DNA of 64,000 nt from Octopus vulgaris (Eukaryota), in the NCBI GenBank assembly GCA_951406725.2, contig OX597821.1, positions 113,212,001 through 113,276,000 on the forward strand, written 5' to 3'. The notes under the pieces were generated by a model. The model did no database searches. It saw nothing but the letters and a program-made list of their open reading frames with translations, and had not been told where the DNA came from. Shown piece after piece: positions 12,523 through 25,272 of this stretch. The position numbers and the translations under genes were made by a program. Within the stretch, counting starts at the first letter, position 1. Every line of letters begins with the position of its first letter.

Positions 12523-15500
12523 TGCATGTGTATGTGTGTCCCGCCAACATCACTTGACAACCAATACTGGTGCATTTATATCCCCGCAACCTAGTGGTTC
12601 GGCAAAAGAGACCAATTTAATAAGTACTAGGCTTACGAAGAATAAGTCTCAGGGTCGATTTTCTCGACTAAAGGCAGTGCTCCAGCATGGCCACAGTCAA
12701 ATGCCTGAAACAAAAGAACAAAAGAATTATTTCTAATTTACATTTTTTTTCTCATTTTGATATTTGTTCTGATTTCTTTCAAATCTTGTCCCAAAATTGA
12801 TATCTTAAGAGAAACATAAAACTCTGTAGTCTTTTAGAGGCTGTCCATTTATAGTGCCACTTGGTGGCATTTTGTCTATCCTTGCATTCTGAGTTCAAAT
12901 TCCGAGTTCAGCTTTACCTTTTATCCTTTTGAGTACTGGGGTCAAAGTCATTGGCTCAACCCCTCCCAAAATTGCTGCCCTTGTAGCAAAATTTGAAACC
13001 ATTATTATTATTATTACAATTATTGTATTTGCTTTCAGGAAATCCCTCAGGGACTACATTTCTTCTGATTTAATAAGAGCACATTCCCCAGATGATTGGA
13101 AGAAGGTAAGCATTATCATTTTTTCTTCATATAGCTCTTTATATATATGTTTGCATGCACGATGGTTGTGTAGTTTAAAATCTTTGCTTCACAACCATGA
13201 GTTTCCAGGTTCAATCTCACTGTGCAGTACCTTGAGCAAACGTTTTCCACTACAGTCCTATTGCAGTCAAGGTCCTATGAGTGAATTTGGTTGATGGAAA
13301 CTGTAGGAAGCCTATAAGCCTATCATGTGTATGTATGTAAACATGCATGAATATTAATATTCCATGGCTTCAGTTTCACAAAATAGTGTCCTGAAGTTTG
13401 TATTCCTTGTCATTATAAACCAGTCACTCTACACTTTGAAAGACAAGCGGAATAAAAATATCCCTTACTTGAAAATAGTTAAGGGTTAGCAACAGGAAGA
13501 GCCCCTGACTGTAAAACAGTGCCTCATATATATTTCTTTACTACCCACAAGGGGCTAAACACAGAGGGGACAAACAAGGAGAGACAAACGGATTAAGTCG
13601 ATTACATCGACCCCAGTGCGTAACTGGTACTTAATTTATCGACCCCGAAAGGATGAAAGGCAAAGTCGACCTCGGCGGAATTTGAACTCGGAACGTAACG
13701 ACAGACGAAATACGGTTACGCAGGTCGCCCAGCTAACGTTTCTGCCAGCTCGCCGCCTCATATATGTTATGTCCACATCCAACCCATGCTTGAAGGGGAA
13801 AAAAAACATTAAATAAACACATATTTTATATTCCTGTCTTCTGTATCTCTTGTACATATATCACCTGATCAACCTGACTCTCAGGTGTTGTTATACATCG
13901 CTGGTCATGATGCACTTTGCATAGTTTTAGCTTTCGAATGACACCATCCCACTGCAAAGGCAAGCAGGTCAATAGTCCTCACCTGACCAGAAGATTGACC
14001 ATTGCAGGGTGAGCTGTTTACAGCTGAGTGGACTGGAGCAATGGGAAATGGTATTTTGCTCAAGAAAACAATGCACTGCATGGTCTGTGAAATGAACTCA
14101 CGGACAAGTGATTGGGAGTGCAATGCCCTAACCACTAGGCCACATGAGAGAGAGAGAAAGACAGGGGGAGGGTAAGAAATCATTGGTCAACCTATTTATG
14201 GTTGCATGTGTCAGAACTTATTGTAGCAGGTTTTAACAGATGGATGCTTTTCCTGTTGTCCACCTTCACCTGTTTCCAAGATTTCACAAAGAGCATTTCT
14301 TGTAAGACAGGTTATATCTGGTCAAAGAAAATCTGCCTCAACAAATTCTGTCCCACCCATGCAAGCATGGAAAAGTGAAAGCTAAATGTTGATGATGATG
14401 ATGATGATGACATTTAAGCCTAATCATAAATACTTATTGAAATTTACTTCTACAGCAAATAATATCACATTACAATGCCGCTGCTGGAATGACTGACCAA
14501 ACGGCTAAAGTTGAGTTCCTCAAGAAAATTGCCACCTGGCCAACATTTGGATCTGCTTTCTTTGATGTTAAAGTGAGTTTCTCTCTTTTATATTTTTAGT
14601 TTTAAAATCTCAGAAAAATTTTTCACTTTTGATATTCTAAACTTGATAATTCAACTCATCATTAATGTTGAGAGAATATGGTAATTAGATTAGAATTTCT
14701 TAATTACTTTTTATAGTTTGGAGCCTGTTCAGTCTAGCTGTAAAAGAAGAAAAAATTCTGAACCTTGAGATGAAACAGAGTTGAGAATTTATAATATTCT
14801 ACTTCAGAGCGTTCATCATGCCCAATATACATAAATCTATGTTATATACACTCTTCCCAAATACAGTGATACCTCGCAGTACGAGTTAAATTCGTTTCAT
14901 GACCAAGCTCGTCTTACGATCTACTCGTTTTACAAATCAATTTTCCCCATTGAAATTAACTAAAATATAATTAATCCGTTCCAGGCCCACAAAACCACTC
15001 AAGAATAATTTTTTATGGGTTTTAACACAGAAAAGGCATAGTTACAAGGAAAATGACAATTATAAAACAGAGAATGCAAAAGAAATATGTAAACTGGTTT
15101 CATTATATGAATTACCTTAAAGATGGGATGATTTGTGTGCTCATACTACAAGACAAAAACTCACACTACTCTTGGTTCATACAGCAAATTACTCATACAA
15201 TGGGACACTCGTTCTGTGAGGTTCTACTGTAATGTTCTATTTGAGAAATGTTCAAACATTGGTATGAACTTAACAATAAGGTAGCAACATTAATTAAGAC
15301 ACTACACAGTAAATCCAGGTAGAACATATTTGCATGTATCAAGTCAAAATGTAACATCATCATCTTTACATATTCATGGATTTTTCTCAATTCTTCTAAA
15401 CTGGTATCTATTGAAGAATATTCAGTTACTTCCTGGTAATAGTTACTAAATAACTCTGCCATTTTTCTTTTAACAGCAAAGTATGGAGGCCAGCTATCCT

Positions 15501-17830
15501 GAGCAGCTTCTAATTGCTATCAACAAGAATGGAGTGAATTTGATACATCCCAAAACAAAGGTAAGTTCAAGACAATTTCTGAAAAAAAAAAAAAAAAAAG
15601 AAAATCCTAAAATATTCCAACAACAATTTTACTTCAAAGATTTGTAACTTAAACTCCTTTTGTTATTATATTTCCAGAGAAATAAATACGCTGTCTTTGA
15701 ATTCTATTAATTTTTAAAATAACAGTTTCTTTATAAAATTTTAGTAATATTTGTTGTTACTAAACTGGTGTTTGGGACAGATTAGTATGAAATTTTGATG
15801 GGAAGTTTTAATTTAGATTGCTTTAAAACAAAGTTTGTATCATAAAACCACAGGTAGCTTTGAGCAGGTTGGTAATCAAAAGGGTTAATTATTGAATTTA
15901 CATGAAGGCAATGTGCTCGCTAATATAACATGATCTCACCACAATTTTTGTCTCCCATTGAAAAATCAGTGAATTTCATTGGTTTTTTTCTGCAATCAAA
16001 TATTATGCTCTCTCCAGTTTTGGTGGACAATGACAGTGGAACATTAAAAGCACGTCCGAGAGTGATTATTGCCAGGGCCACAGATTGGCTCCCGTGCTGG
16101 TGACACATGAAAAGCACCAATCAAGTGTGATCATTGCCAGCATCGCCTTACTGGCACCCACAACATTTGAGCGTGGTCATTGCCAGTGCTGCCAGACTCG
16201 TTGGTGCCAGAACTGCCTGACTGGCCCTGTGCCAGTGGGATGTAAAAAGCACCCACTACACTCTCAGAGTGGTTGGCATTAGGAAGGGCATCCAGCTGTA
16301 GAAACTTTGCCAGATCAGATTGAGCCTGGTGCAGCCTTTGGCTCACCAGTCATCAGTCAAACTGTCCAACCCATGACAGCATGGAAAGCAAACGTTAAAT
16401 GATGATAATGAGGATTTGTATTAAAGTTCTTGCATAAATGTTTCCATGTTTACAATAGTTTTTACTTTTCCTTGTATATTGCAAGATAGTTCAGTAGAAA
16501 CTAGTCCCAATAAATATGAGCAAAATCAATATTAGATGTCCTCTCTTTAACTCTATCCTTAATAATTCTTGATACTTCAACTCTCATCAGGAAGGATGAG
16601 ATTTCAGGGTCTATTCATACCAAAGAGAGCATGAAGATACAATGAATGGACCACAGTGAGGGACATAGAATGGTGTTGGGTTTGAGCCCCTCACCTATCA
16701 GGCTAAGAATATCTTATTTAATCAGCAGAACAAAAAACAAAACAACTCTGAACCACTTGCATCTTAAGCCAGTAGCGTCATCATCATTTTAAAGTCTTGT
16801 AAATATTTTTATGAGTAACCTAACATTTAGCAGGTAGAAAATGTGTGAAAACATTGTTTTTCTTAAAAGATTATTGAATTTTGATGATCTGTTTTATACC
16901 AACGAAGATAGAAGACGTCTAACTTAACAAAGCATTCTGACAACTGAAGGGTGAAATTAATAAAACTAATGTGCTTGAGGAGACCTATTGAGTCAAGTAC
17001 ATCAACATCAAAATAAATATCAAATAGAAATTGTAGTTGTGATACCTGTGCACGTAAAAAGCACCATCCAAACGTGGCCGATCCCAGTGCCACCTTGACT
17101 GGCTTCTGTGCTGGTGGCATGTAAAAAGCACCAACCGATTGTGGCTGCTGCCAGCCTCCCCTGGCACCTGTGCCGCTGGCACGTAAAAAGCACCCACTAC
17201 ACTCACGGAGTGGTTGGCGTTAGGAAGGGCATCCAGCTGTAGAAACACTGCCAGATCAGACTGGAGCCTGGTGCAGCCTCCTGGTCCAACCCGTGCTAGC
17301 ATGGAAAACGGACGTTAAATGATGATGATGAATGTCTAGTGTTGCTTTACAGAGATGAGAAAACTGGGCAAAGACTAAAGTTCAAAAGGATTATAAAGCA
17401 CACCTACTGTTTGATGTGGGGCTTAAAAGAAATGCAAAAACAAAAATCATAGAATTCTAATATATCCATCGTTTTTTTCTTTTGTAGAATATATTGGCAA
17501 CCCATCCATTTACCAAGATTTCTAACTGGAGCAGCGGTAACTGTTACTTCCATATGACCATTGGCAACTTAATCAGAGGAAACAAACTTCTCTGTGAAAC
17601 ACAAATGGTAAATATGGTCTTCTTTTCTTTTATATATTCTTTTCTACTCTAGGCACAAGGTCCGAAACCTTTGGGGAGGGAGCCAGTCAGTCAATTAGGT
17701 CGACCCAAGTACACAGTTTATTGACCCTGGAAGGCAAAAAACCTCGGCAAAATTTGAACTCAGAACGTAAAGACATGAAATACAACTAAGCATTTTGCCC
17801 GGTGTGCTAACGTTTCAGCCAGCTTTCTGC

Positions 17831-17872
<42 letters not shown>

Positions 17873-19137
17873 GCATGGCCGTTGCCAGTACCATCTGATT
17901 GGTACGTAAAAGCACCCACTACACTCTCGGAGTGGTTGGCGTTAGGAAGGGCATCCAGCTGTAGAAAGTCTGCCGGATCAGATTAGAGCCTGGTGCAGCC
18001 ATCTGGTTCACCAGTCCTCAGTCCAACCCATGCTAGCATGGAAAGCGGACGTTAAACAATGATGATATATGAAATAAATAAATAAAATGACAAAGGAACA
18101 CAAATTACAAGGAAGCTATAAGATAATGTAGAGGCATCCAGCTGTGAGTGCACTGTGATTCTTATGGCACACTCAGTAACCAGGCATTACACTCTGTTCT
18201 CTCCTCCTAACACTTTAGAATAAAGCATGGCAATATTGAATTCTAACAACCGGTTATTAGAATCACTCTGCCAAAGTGAAATCCTTATATAAATGTGGCT
18301 GTGATTGGTGCAGGCATGATTGAGTGGCAAGAAGCTTGCTTTTCAACCACATGGTTCTGGGTTCAGTCCTACTATATGGCACGTTGGGAAAGTGTTTTCT
18401 ACTTTAGCCTAAGGGACCAGAACAGGTCTCTTGTTGTAGATGGGCTAAATGACCACTCACATTTTAGAAGAGAGGATTGGGGGTGGAGGGAAAGGGATAA
18501 AAATAGCAGTGACAAGGCATCTGTATGGACCCTCAAGTGGAGACAGAGAAACCAGGAATGTGGGTGAGTGGAGATTGCAAGGGTGTAAGGAGAGATAGGT
18601 GAGGGGCAAATACAATGAATGAAGGACACGTGTTGAGTGGATAAGGAGGGAAATGTGACAGTGTAGAGATTGGGTAGGGATGAGGAGCAGATGTGAATGA
18701 TGGATAGGGTGGGGGTGAAGTGTACCAGAAGGATTACTATGATACAGCAGGGTGGAAGGTGAGAGAGAAATGGTCAAGTAGATTTATCAGAGAGAAGCAA
18801 GCAAAGAAGGTGAGATAATTTGGTGGCTCAGGAGGAAGTGGGGTGATCAATATAAAATGTGGGTGGAGAGGACAGTATTAAGGATGGATATCAAGTGAAA
18901 TGGTTCAAAGGTTGTGAGAGAAATTTGGGGTAATCAAAGAAAAAAAATTAATATTCTAATTAAGTACAAGTCTTTAACATGTTTTTTTTTTTGTTTTTGT
19001 CCTGACTAAATTATTTCCCCATGTTTATTTCTCATTCTCTGCAATTTCAGGGCTATAAGATGGATGATCTGCTTACTTCATACATCAGTTTGATGTTGAC
19101 GACAATGAACAGACTTAAGTCAAAACCATCTTCATAA
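361..19137 (+). CDS. MYO7A: Unconventional myosin VIIa, 3' part (15 exons, 533 aa: second MyTH4 + FERM domains); 5' part lies before the window
   Basis: join(361..485,2927..3087,4035..4126,5716..5777,7493..7645,9405..9510,9997..10111,10452..10538,11148..11254,12102..12220,13039..13105,14456..14572,15477..15560,17488..17607,19051..19137) = 1602 nt, in frame. Myosin VII motifs: [82 protein letters not shown]. Confidence 0.95.
2009..2450 (+). mobile_element. SINE-like element with (GAT)n tail and internal 62-bp tandem array (about 4.6 copies)
   Basis: Units start at 2009, 2071, 2133, 2195, 2257; family core GGTTGGCGTTAGGAAGGGCATCCAGCTGTAGAAA recurs many times (e.g. near 16270, 17210, 17935, 22250-, 25750-, 32200-, 38860, 43570-, 45260-, 48350). 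Confidence 0.8.
2927..3087 (+). CDS. MYO7A: myosin VII exon (PPPKRTM...EACECFL), ends at AT-AC donor
   Basis: ttcag acceptor; followed by ATATCCTTT. Confidence 0.92.
3088..4034 (+). other. U12-type (minor spliceosome) AT-AC intron, 947 nt
   Basis: 5' site ATATCCTTT at 3088; branch point TTCCTTGAC at 4016-4024; ends ...TTTAC at 4034; removal restores CFL-S-ILKYMGD. Confidence 0.93.
4035..4126 (+). CDS. MYO7A: myosin VII exon ([13 protein letters not shown]...IALKV)
   Basis: AC acceptor, gtaagt donor, MyTH4 motif. Confidence 0.92.
4185..5170 (+). mobile_element. four head-to-tail tRNA-derived SINE copies (Nin/Deu-like core) separated by (ATT)n/(ATC)n
   Basis: Repeated GTTCTGAGTTCAAAT..CTTTGCCTTTCATCCTTT..TAAGTACCAG. 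Confidence 0.75.
5716..5777 (+). CDS. MYO7A: myosin VII exon ([21 protein letters not shown])
   Basis: AG/GT, MyTH4 core motif. Confidence 0.93.
7493..7645 (+). CDS. MYO7A: myosin VII exon ([11 protein letters not shown]...LQKTLR)
   Basis: AG/GT, phases consistent. Confidence 0.93.
7975..8290 (+). mobile_element. mariner-type transposon remnant
   Basis: [14 protein letters not shown] motif at about 8227-8268. Confidence 0.55.
8328..8414 (+). ncRNA. hammerhead motif with long stem II
   Basis: CUGAUGA (8332) UGGGGACUC..GAGCUCCUA GAAAC AGCU GUU gua; stem I imperfect. Confidence 0.55.
8719..8858. mobile_element. Tc1/mariner-like MITE, about 140 bp
   Basis: TIRs AGGTTGTCCCAAAAGTTC / GAACTTTTGGGACAACCT. 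Confidence 0.65.
9048..9093 (+). ncRNA. hammerhead motif, same family, stem III mutated
   Basis: GACAC-CUGAUGA-a-GGCUG..CAGCC-GAAAC-AUU-GUGUU. Confidence 0.6.
9405..9510 (+). CDS. MYO7A: myosin VII exon ([16 protein letters not shown]...DDTDQ)
   Basis: AG/GT, MyTH4-FERM junction. Confidence 0.93.
9997..10111 (+). CDS. MYO7A: myosin VII exon ([14 protein letters not shown]...IADK)
   Basis: AG/GT. Confidence 0.93.
10452..10538 (+). CDS. MYO7A: myosin VII exon ([15 protein letters not shown]...RE)
   Basis: AG/GT. Confidence 0.93.
10640..10895. repeat. degenerate minisatellite, about 31-bp unit
   Basis: Recurring ACTT(C/G)AGC..GTCCTT(A/G)AT..AGA(A/G)AC. Confidence 0.5.
11148..11254 (+). CDS. 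MYO7A: myosin VII exon ([16 protein letters not shown]...FHYFQ)
   Basis: AG/GT. Confidence 0.93.
11526..11571 (+). ncRNA. minimal type-I hammerhead ribozyme motif in Penelope-like repeat
   Basis: GACAC-CUGAUGA-a-GGCUGG..UCAGCU-GAAAC-GUU-GUGUU; stems I and II pair, palindromic ACGU stem III. Confidence 0.75.
12102..12220 (+). CDS. MYO7A: myosin VII exon ([12 protein letters not shown]...PSIS)
   Basis: AG/GT. Confidence 0.93.
12315..12725 (+). mobile_element. tRNA-derived SINE (CORE-like) with internal (TA)n(TG)n
   Basis: GGAGTGGCTGTRTGGTAAG..GGTTCAGTCCC..GCACCTTGGGCAAGTG; further copies near 21235, 30608, 40080, 45643, 51724 (+) and 9540-9890, 32585-32988, 56265-56585 (-). Confidence 0.8.
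13039..13105 (+). CDS. MYO7A: myosin VII exon ([22 protein letters not shown])
   Basis: AG/GT. Confidence 0.92.
13532..13757 (-). mobile_element. Nin/Deu-like tRNA SINE
   Basis: Same family as 24414, 38233 and 46850; gcctcatata repeated on both flanks. Confidence 0.75.
14456..14572 (+). CDS. MYO7A: myosin VII exon (QIISHYN...[12 protein letters not shown])
   Basis: AG/GT. Confidence 0.93.
15477..15560 (+). CDS. MYO7A: myosin VII exon ([20 protein letters not shown]...TK)
   Basis: AG/GT. Confidence 0.93.
17488..17607 (+). CDS. MYO7A: myosin VII exon ([17 protein letters not shown]...CETQM)
   Basis: AG/GT. Confidence 0.93.
19051..19137 (+). CDS. MYO7A: myosin VII last coding exon ([28 protein letters not shown])
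   Basis: ttcag acceptor, TAA at 19135-19137. Confidence 0.93.
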   Translation, partial: GYKMDDLLTSYISLMLTTMNRLKSKPSS

Positions 19138-20500
19138 TTGGTACAAAATGTTTTTTTTTATCCCCCCCAATGGCCTTATAAATTGAAACCTAAATATCTC
19201 TGTAGTGAACTGTTTCCAGCTTACAACTTAATCAGTTCACTACAGCACAGATATACATGTTCCCACCTAACACGTTCACTGACTGCCCTCTGCCAGTCAC
19301 GCAATACAGGGAAGAAGAAGAAAGAAGAGGACAAAAATATTTTAGCAAATCAACAAGAGGAATCTGATTACATTAAATGTTTTCCTATTTTTATATCAAC
19401 CTTTTTTTATTTTCTTCATAATTTTCTTCTTTTTAATATTTCTCATCAATAATTTGGAATTGAAGAATTATTTTTAAATAAAATTCAATTTGATATCAGC
19501 ATTTTTTTACAAGTCTCTGCCATGTCTAAACAGGCACTAAAATAGGAATTAAAAAAAAGGAAAAAAAAAAATGGTTTCGTTTTTAACATTTTCAAAATCC
19601 CAACACCTCAAGTTAGTTATGTTTCAATCGTTAATAAATTTAAATATTACAGGCTTAATTACAAAAATTTTTTTTCATTAACATCGAAGCAGACAATGTG
19701 ATTAGGCAGAATAATTATTAAAAGTCAGTAGTTGATATTTGACTACTCGTTATTAAGTCCTTTACTAACAACTTGCATCGACCAGAATATTTTGATTTAA
19801 ACAAAATAGTCTTAAAACGGCAGGTATGATGACAAATAGGCACTTTTATCTCAACATTGCAATATCTTAAACTTCAATTCTAGAAGCAATAGAAAATACA
19901 AACATTTAACTAACTGAATAAATTTAGTGAACGAAACTAATATATTTTGTAAAACTTAAACAAAAAAGCTTTAAGTAATAGGCTTTCAGGTAAGTTTTAA
20001 TTTGCTATTTCTTTCCTCCCCCAGATAATATGAAAAATATTAATTAACCAATGACAGCATTAAGTCTTAATTAAAATGAATACATATATATTGAGGAGTA
20101 ATTTGTTTAAAGCTTGGGGCAATTATAAATGGAATCACACCTAATGAGATTTTCTGCTGTGTTATACACATATATATCTCCTGTTTATGAACAAATTTCC
20201 CAAGGGTTTAAGAAAGCTGAGTCAGATTTTACTGCTTCCATAATTTTCCTTCTGCCAGCTTTCTTCCTAACTATTCCATGTTAACACAGCAGAAAGGTGC
20301 TGCTGGTAGTTAACTAAGTACATTATCTCTTTGTATATCACGGTCTGTATATTTAGTCCCAGATAGTTGCTGTGCTATTCCATTCGAAAATATTCCTACA
20401 ATTAACATTTATAAAATGTGCTTCAATAAATATAAATGTTCAAACAAAATTCAGTGTTTCATTATTTTTTTGTTTTACATCATATAATGAGAATTTACAA
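19138..20500 (+). other. probable myosin VII 3'UTR
   Basis: Repeat-poor AT-rich stretch after the stop; AATAAA at about 19477, 19633, 19917 and 20425; true end unknown. Confidence 0.5.
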
Positions 20501-21069
20501 AAAAAAAAAAAAAACGACGAAGACGGGTGTGTAAACAACAAACAGATGTATTAGTTTGATGCTTGGGAAGTGAGAAAGTCTTTTATGCTTCGAGCCTACG
20601 CTCTTTGACAGAAAGGAACACAGAAATAAACAAGGAGAGAAAATAGAAAAGCTTTAGTGACTAGCAATCTATCATGGTGAATGCTGGACAGAGGGGTCAC
20701 ACAGGAGAGCTAGGAAGAAGGGGAGATAATAAAGTAGTAGTGATCCCAAAACGAAGGTGCGTGTACATGTGTATGTGGAAGGGGGCTGATGACCTTAACA
20801 TGTGTAGGTGCTGGGAAGTGGTCAGTGCTAATGTGTGGTGTTGTGGTGGTGCTGGGGAGGCGAGAGTGGGGGAAGCAGGGGTGAGGTCCAAGGGATGGGG
20901 TGTGATGGGATGTATAGGGATGGTGGGGTGACAATGATCATATAACCAATTTCTGCTGTTAACTCACCTCAGATCAGGCTTGTTCAAGTGGACCTACAAA
21001 TAAGGGGCAGTCAAAGTGTTTCTACAATAGCATACTTTCAACTCCCTTGGGTCAAATTATAAAGTGTGT

Positions 21070-21213
21070 TATAAAAATATTTACATTTGACGGATATCTG
21101 TTTTGGCTGGGTTAACAACAAACACAACCAAACAAGATGAGGACAAATATCCGTCATATGTAAATAATGTACATAATTCTTCATCTCTTAAATATAGAAC
21201 TATAAAAATATTT
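21070..21213 (+). mobile_element. truncated Penelope-like insertion with 5' inversion and 13-bp TSD
   Basis: TSD TATAAAAATATTT at 21070 and 21201; same 3' end as the elements at 9030-9175 and 11505-11655. Confidence 0.65.
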
Positions 21214-21619
21214 GTTCAGCTAGTTGTACATGGCACAGGCATGGCTGTGTGGTAAGAAGCTTGCTTTACCAACCACATGGTTCCGTGTTCTGTCCAACGG
21301 CATGGCACCTTAGGCAAGTGTCTTCTACCATAGCTCAGGCTGACCAAAGCCTTGCGAGTGGATTTGGTAGATGGAAACTGAAAGAAGCCTGTCATATACA
21401 TATATATATGTATTTGTGTGTGTGTTTGTACCTCCACCATCGCTTGACAACTGATGTTGGTGTGTTTACATCCCTGTAACTTAGCGGTTTGGCAAAAACA
21501 ATTGATAGCATAAGTACTAGATTTACAAAGAATAAGTCCTGAGGTCAATTTGTTCAACTAAAGGCAGTGCTCCAGCATGGCCACAGTCAAATGACTGAAA
21601 TGAGTAATAAAAGACTGGT

Positions 21620-22060
21620 TCCCAGAAACTGTCACTGCAACAACACTAAGGCGGGACATGGTGCTGACCTCTGGAAAGCATCAAAGCTGGTGGTTCTGTT
21701 AAAATTCTCCATTCCATGGGAGGACTGTGCTGAGGTAGCATAAAATGGATGGCAAAGTGTGATCCTGTTGAGGTGATTGCAAAAGCTTTACATGTCGGTC
21801 CTTCTGCACAGCCTACACCATATTGGGCATCAGAGGGGGCCAGTAGGTCATCAGGTGGTCTATAGAGGTAACAGAGGTTGCTTTGAAGTGGCATTGGCTC
21901 AGATGTAGGCCCTGGATTAGGAGGGGTAATGCGAAATGGACATAATCTAAGACTTGATCTACCAAAGCTGGGTCACCTGGTTGAGAGAGTGTCATTGTTG
22001 AAAGACCCAAAACACAATAACCCCAGGAAATATCACTGATGATGTGTTTAGGGACATCAT
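21620..22060 (+). mobile_element. REL-type (HERO-like) non-LTR retrotransposon 3' remnant
   Basis: Degenerate LRxDMVL..SIPWED..PVEV endonuclease motifs. Confidence 0.45.
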
Positions 22061-24413
22061 AGGATGATGCATGGGAAAACAGCCATAAAATTCATTATCA
22101 ACATATTTGTAAGTATGAATCTATGGATCTCATCATCATCATTGTTTAACATCCGCTTTCCATGCTAGCATGGGTTGGACGAATGACTGAGGGCTGGCGA
22201 ACCAGATGGCTACACCAGGCTTCAATCTTGATCTGGCAGAGTTTCTACAGCTGGATGCCCTTCCTAATGCCAACCACCCCGAGAGTGTAGTGGGTGCTTT
22301 TACGTGCCACCGGCACAGCGGCCAGATAGCCACTCTGGCAACGATCACGCTCGAATGGTGCTTGGATGATCTCTGTAAACAATATAAATCCATATTGTAT
22401 TGGAGTATAGTAATATTTATGGCAGCGAGCTCACGGTCATAGGATTGTGGTTTCGATTCCCAGACTGGGCGTTGTGTTTGTTGAGCGAAAACACCTAAAG
22501 CTCCATGAGGCTCTGGCAGGAGGTGGTGGTGAACCCTGCTGTACCCTTTCACCACAACTTTCTCTCACTCTTTGTTCCTGTTGTACCTGTATTTCAAAGG
22601 ACCAGCCTTGTCACACCGAATCTCCCCGAGAACTACTTTAAGGGTACATGTACCTGTGGAGTGCTCAACTGGAACCCTCGTCATCGTAACTGACAGAATG
22701 TCACGATTGAACTATAGAAATCTCTACAGAAATTTTGTTTTTTAACCCAGAGTGTATATATCAATGATTGTAAGCTAGATGTCTGTGTATATAATAAAAA
22801 ATGAGCAGAAAAGGTAGGTTTCAATTCTTGGATAGGGATTACATTAATGATTGTGTTACCCTCCTTTAATGCCCTTGATCATATTGCTTATAAACCTCAC
22901 TATTATTACAGGTTATCATTACACTCTTAGTAACAGTGTTAAGCCCACTGACCAATAAAGAATTATCATTATTATTATGGCAGTGAGCTGGCAGAATCAT
23001 TAGCATAGTAGACAAGATGCTTAATGGTATTTTGTCCGCTTTCACATTCTAAGTTCAAATTACACCAAGATCAACTTTGGCTTTCATCCTTTCAGAGTTG
23101 ATAAAATAAGTACCAGATGAATGGGAGTGGGCTGTAATAGACTAGCCCCCTCTCCTGAAATTTTGGGCAATAGGTGAAAGCCCGCAAAGTAGAAACAGTA
23201 CCAGACTGTATATTTTTTTTAATAATTTATATATACTTATTTGATTATAAATGCAAAACAACACCATGGAGGAATCGATGTAAGCTTAAATAATAAACCG
23301 AAATATAGCAAGGAATTACTTTATCTCTCTCTCTCAAATTAGATATAAAACGTCTCTGTATTACCTTCACTTCAACTTCCACAATGTTCTCTGTTGCTTC
23401 ACTTGAATCACTTCATCAATGTAGCTGCACGTAGAGCCAGGCTTCTTCAAGTTTCACCATTTAACATATTCCATCTCGACCTGATGTAGTACAGAATGGC
23501 TGTACGCACATCCACCACTATAAAATTGATATAAACAATGTCATGACTAAACCCTTTAAACTATATCAAATCCAACATGAAACGCAGTGGCTGTATCAAC
23601 AGGAAATCCAAACAGGGCAGCACATGAAAAGCTCCTTTCAAGTGTTGGGTCTCACGGAAGCAATGACCAAAGCCTTTGGCGTTATGTTGTGCTTGAGAAG
23701 AAGACCCATCAAACCAAGTAAAACCAGTCGTCGCAGATATTAGTGCCATGCAAATGGCATGTAAAAGTACACATTATATTTTCAAAGTGGTTGGCATTAG
23801 GAAGATCACCCAGCCATAGAAATCATGCCAAATCAGACTGGAGTCTGGTGCAGCCTTCAAGCCCTGGTCAAACCATCCAAACCATGGCAACATGGACAAT
23901 GGATGCTAAATCATGACACTTTGTGGTTACACATAAATTTTTTCTCCTTAAGAATCAGCCAAAGATCTGACAGTGCTAATATCTCTGCCATTGTCTCCCA
24001 GGGATAATTAGTGCAAGGAAACTTTCTAAATGTTCACACCAATATTCTAGATAATGATACTCTGGTAGCTTAAATGCTAATTCTCTCTCTTTCATCTGCC
24101 ACACACAAAGACGACTTTTTGTTAATCTACCGGTTATTCCACTGCACCTCTTATGTGTCCATAGCTTACACTGGGTGCAGCAAATGAAATTGCTTGCAAC
24201 CCTTTTCCTACATATTGAACAGGGGCATTTGCCTCATGGAATTAGAGTCTTATCTGCTTTCTTGCGAACAACTTTGGTCTTCACTAGGTTAAGGCTCTTT
24301 AATCCCAGGTTTTGCTTTCATACCTGGAATTTCTTCTCCAATTCTGCAACAAGAGTGAGGTCATCAGCATATAGTAGTTCCCATAGGCAGCCTGAAGGAC
24401 TATGAGGAATAAG

Positions 24414-24622
24414 GCGGCGAGCTGGCAGAAACGTTAGCACGCCGGGCAAAATGCATAGCCGTATTTTGTCTGCCATTACGTTCTGAGTTCAAATTCCGCC
24501 AGGTCGACTTTGCCTTTCATCCTTTCGGGGTCGATAAATTAAGTACCAGTTATGCACTGGGGTTGATATAATCCGTTTCTCTGTCCTCTCTGTGTTTAGC
24601 CCCTTGTGGGTAGTAAAGAAAT
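24414..24622 (+). mobile_element. Nin/Deu-like SINE with 9-bp TSD
   Basis: TSD AGGAATAAG at 24405 and 24623. Confidence 0.8.
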
Positions 24623-25047
24623 AGGAATAAGAGTGGACTGAAAACTGAGCCCTGGTGCACCCCTACTTGTATGCTAAATTCATCACTGTATTTGTGGGTG
24701 CTGTCGCCCTACTGACAGCACCACTGTACATGGTTTGTACAGCTCTAACAAGTCACTCATCTACTCCTAACTTCTTTAGAGACCACCAGATATCAGAGCA
24801 AGGCATTCTGTCAAAAGCTTTCTCCAGGTTGACAAAAGCCAAGTACAATGGCTTACTTTTGGCCAAATACTTTCCTGCAGCTGTCTCACTAGGAAGATGG
24901 CAACTGTGGTACTCTTCCCTGGTGCAAAACCAAACTGCATCTCATCTAGTTTAATTCTATTCCTAATCAATTAACCTCTAATTCTCTCTTCAACTTTCAT
25001 GACCTGGTCCAGCAGTTTCATACCTTGGTAGTTGTTTCTATCTAAAG

Positions 25048-25272
25048 CAGGGGTGGGCGAACTTTTTTGATCGCGGGCCGCACAGTGCGTCTTTGGAACC
25101 TTGGCGGGCCTCATTTATAAAAATCAAGTGAAAATATTTTTAAAGGCGGTTATAGACCTATAAACACACAATTGATTGAAAGGAAATTTTGTGAAATATT
25201 CCTCTCGACAGGCCACATGAAAACCTATGGCGGGCCGCATGCAGCCCGCGGGCCGTAGTTTGCCCACCCCTG
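25048..25272. mobile_element. hAT (Charlie-like) MITE, 225 bp
   Basis: TIR CAGGGGTGGGC(G/A)AACT; 8-bp TSD ATCTAAAG at 25040 and 25273. Confidence 0.88.

Noticed and set aside
18420-18930. Purine-rich block and its ORFs (inverse-like block at 44215-44840)
   Set aside because: Low-complexity decayed repeat with no splice-consistent coding signal.
23340-23560. Exon-like minus-strand segment ending at a GTAATA donor
   Set aside because: Stops in all three frames and no partner exons identified.
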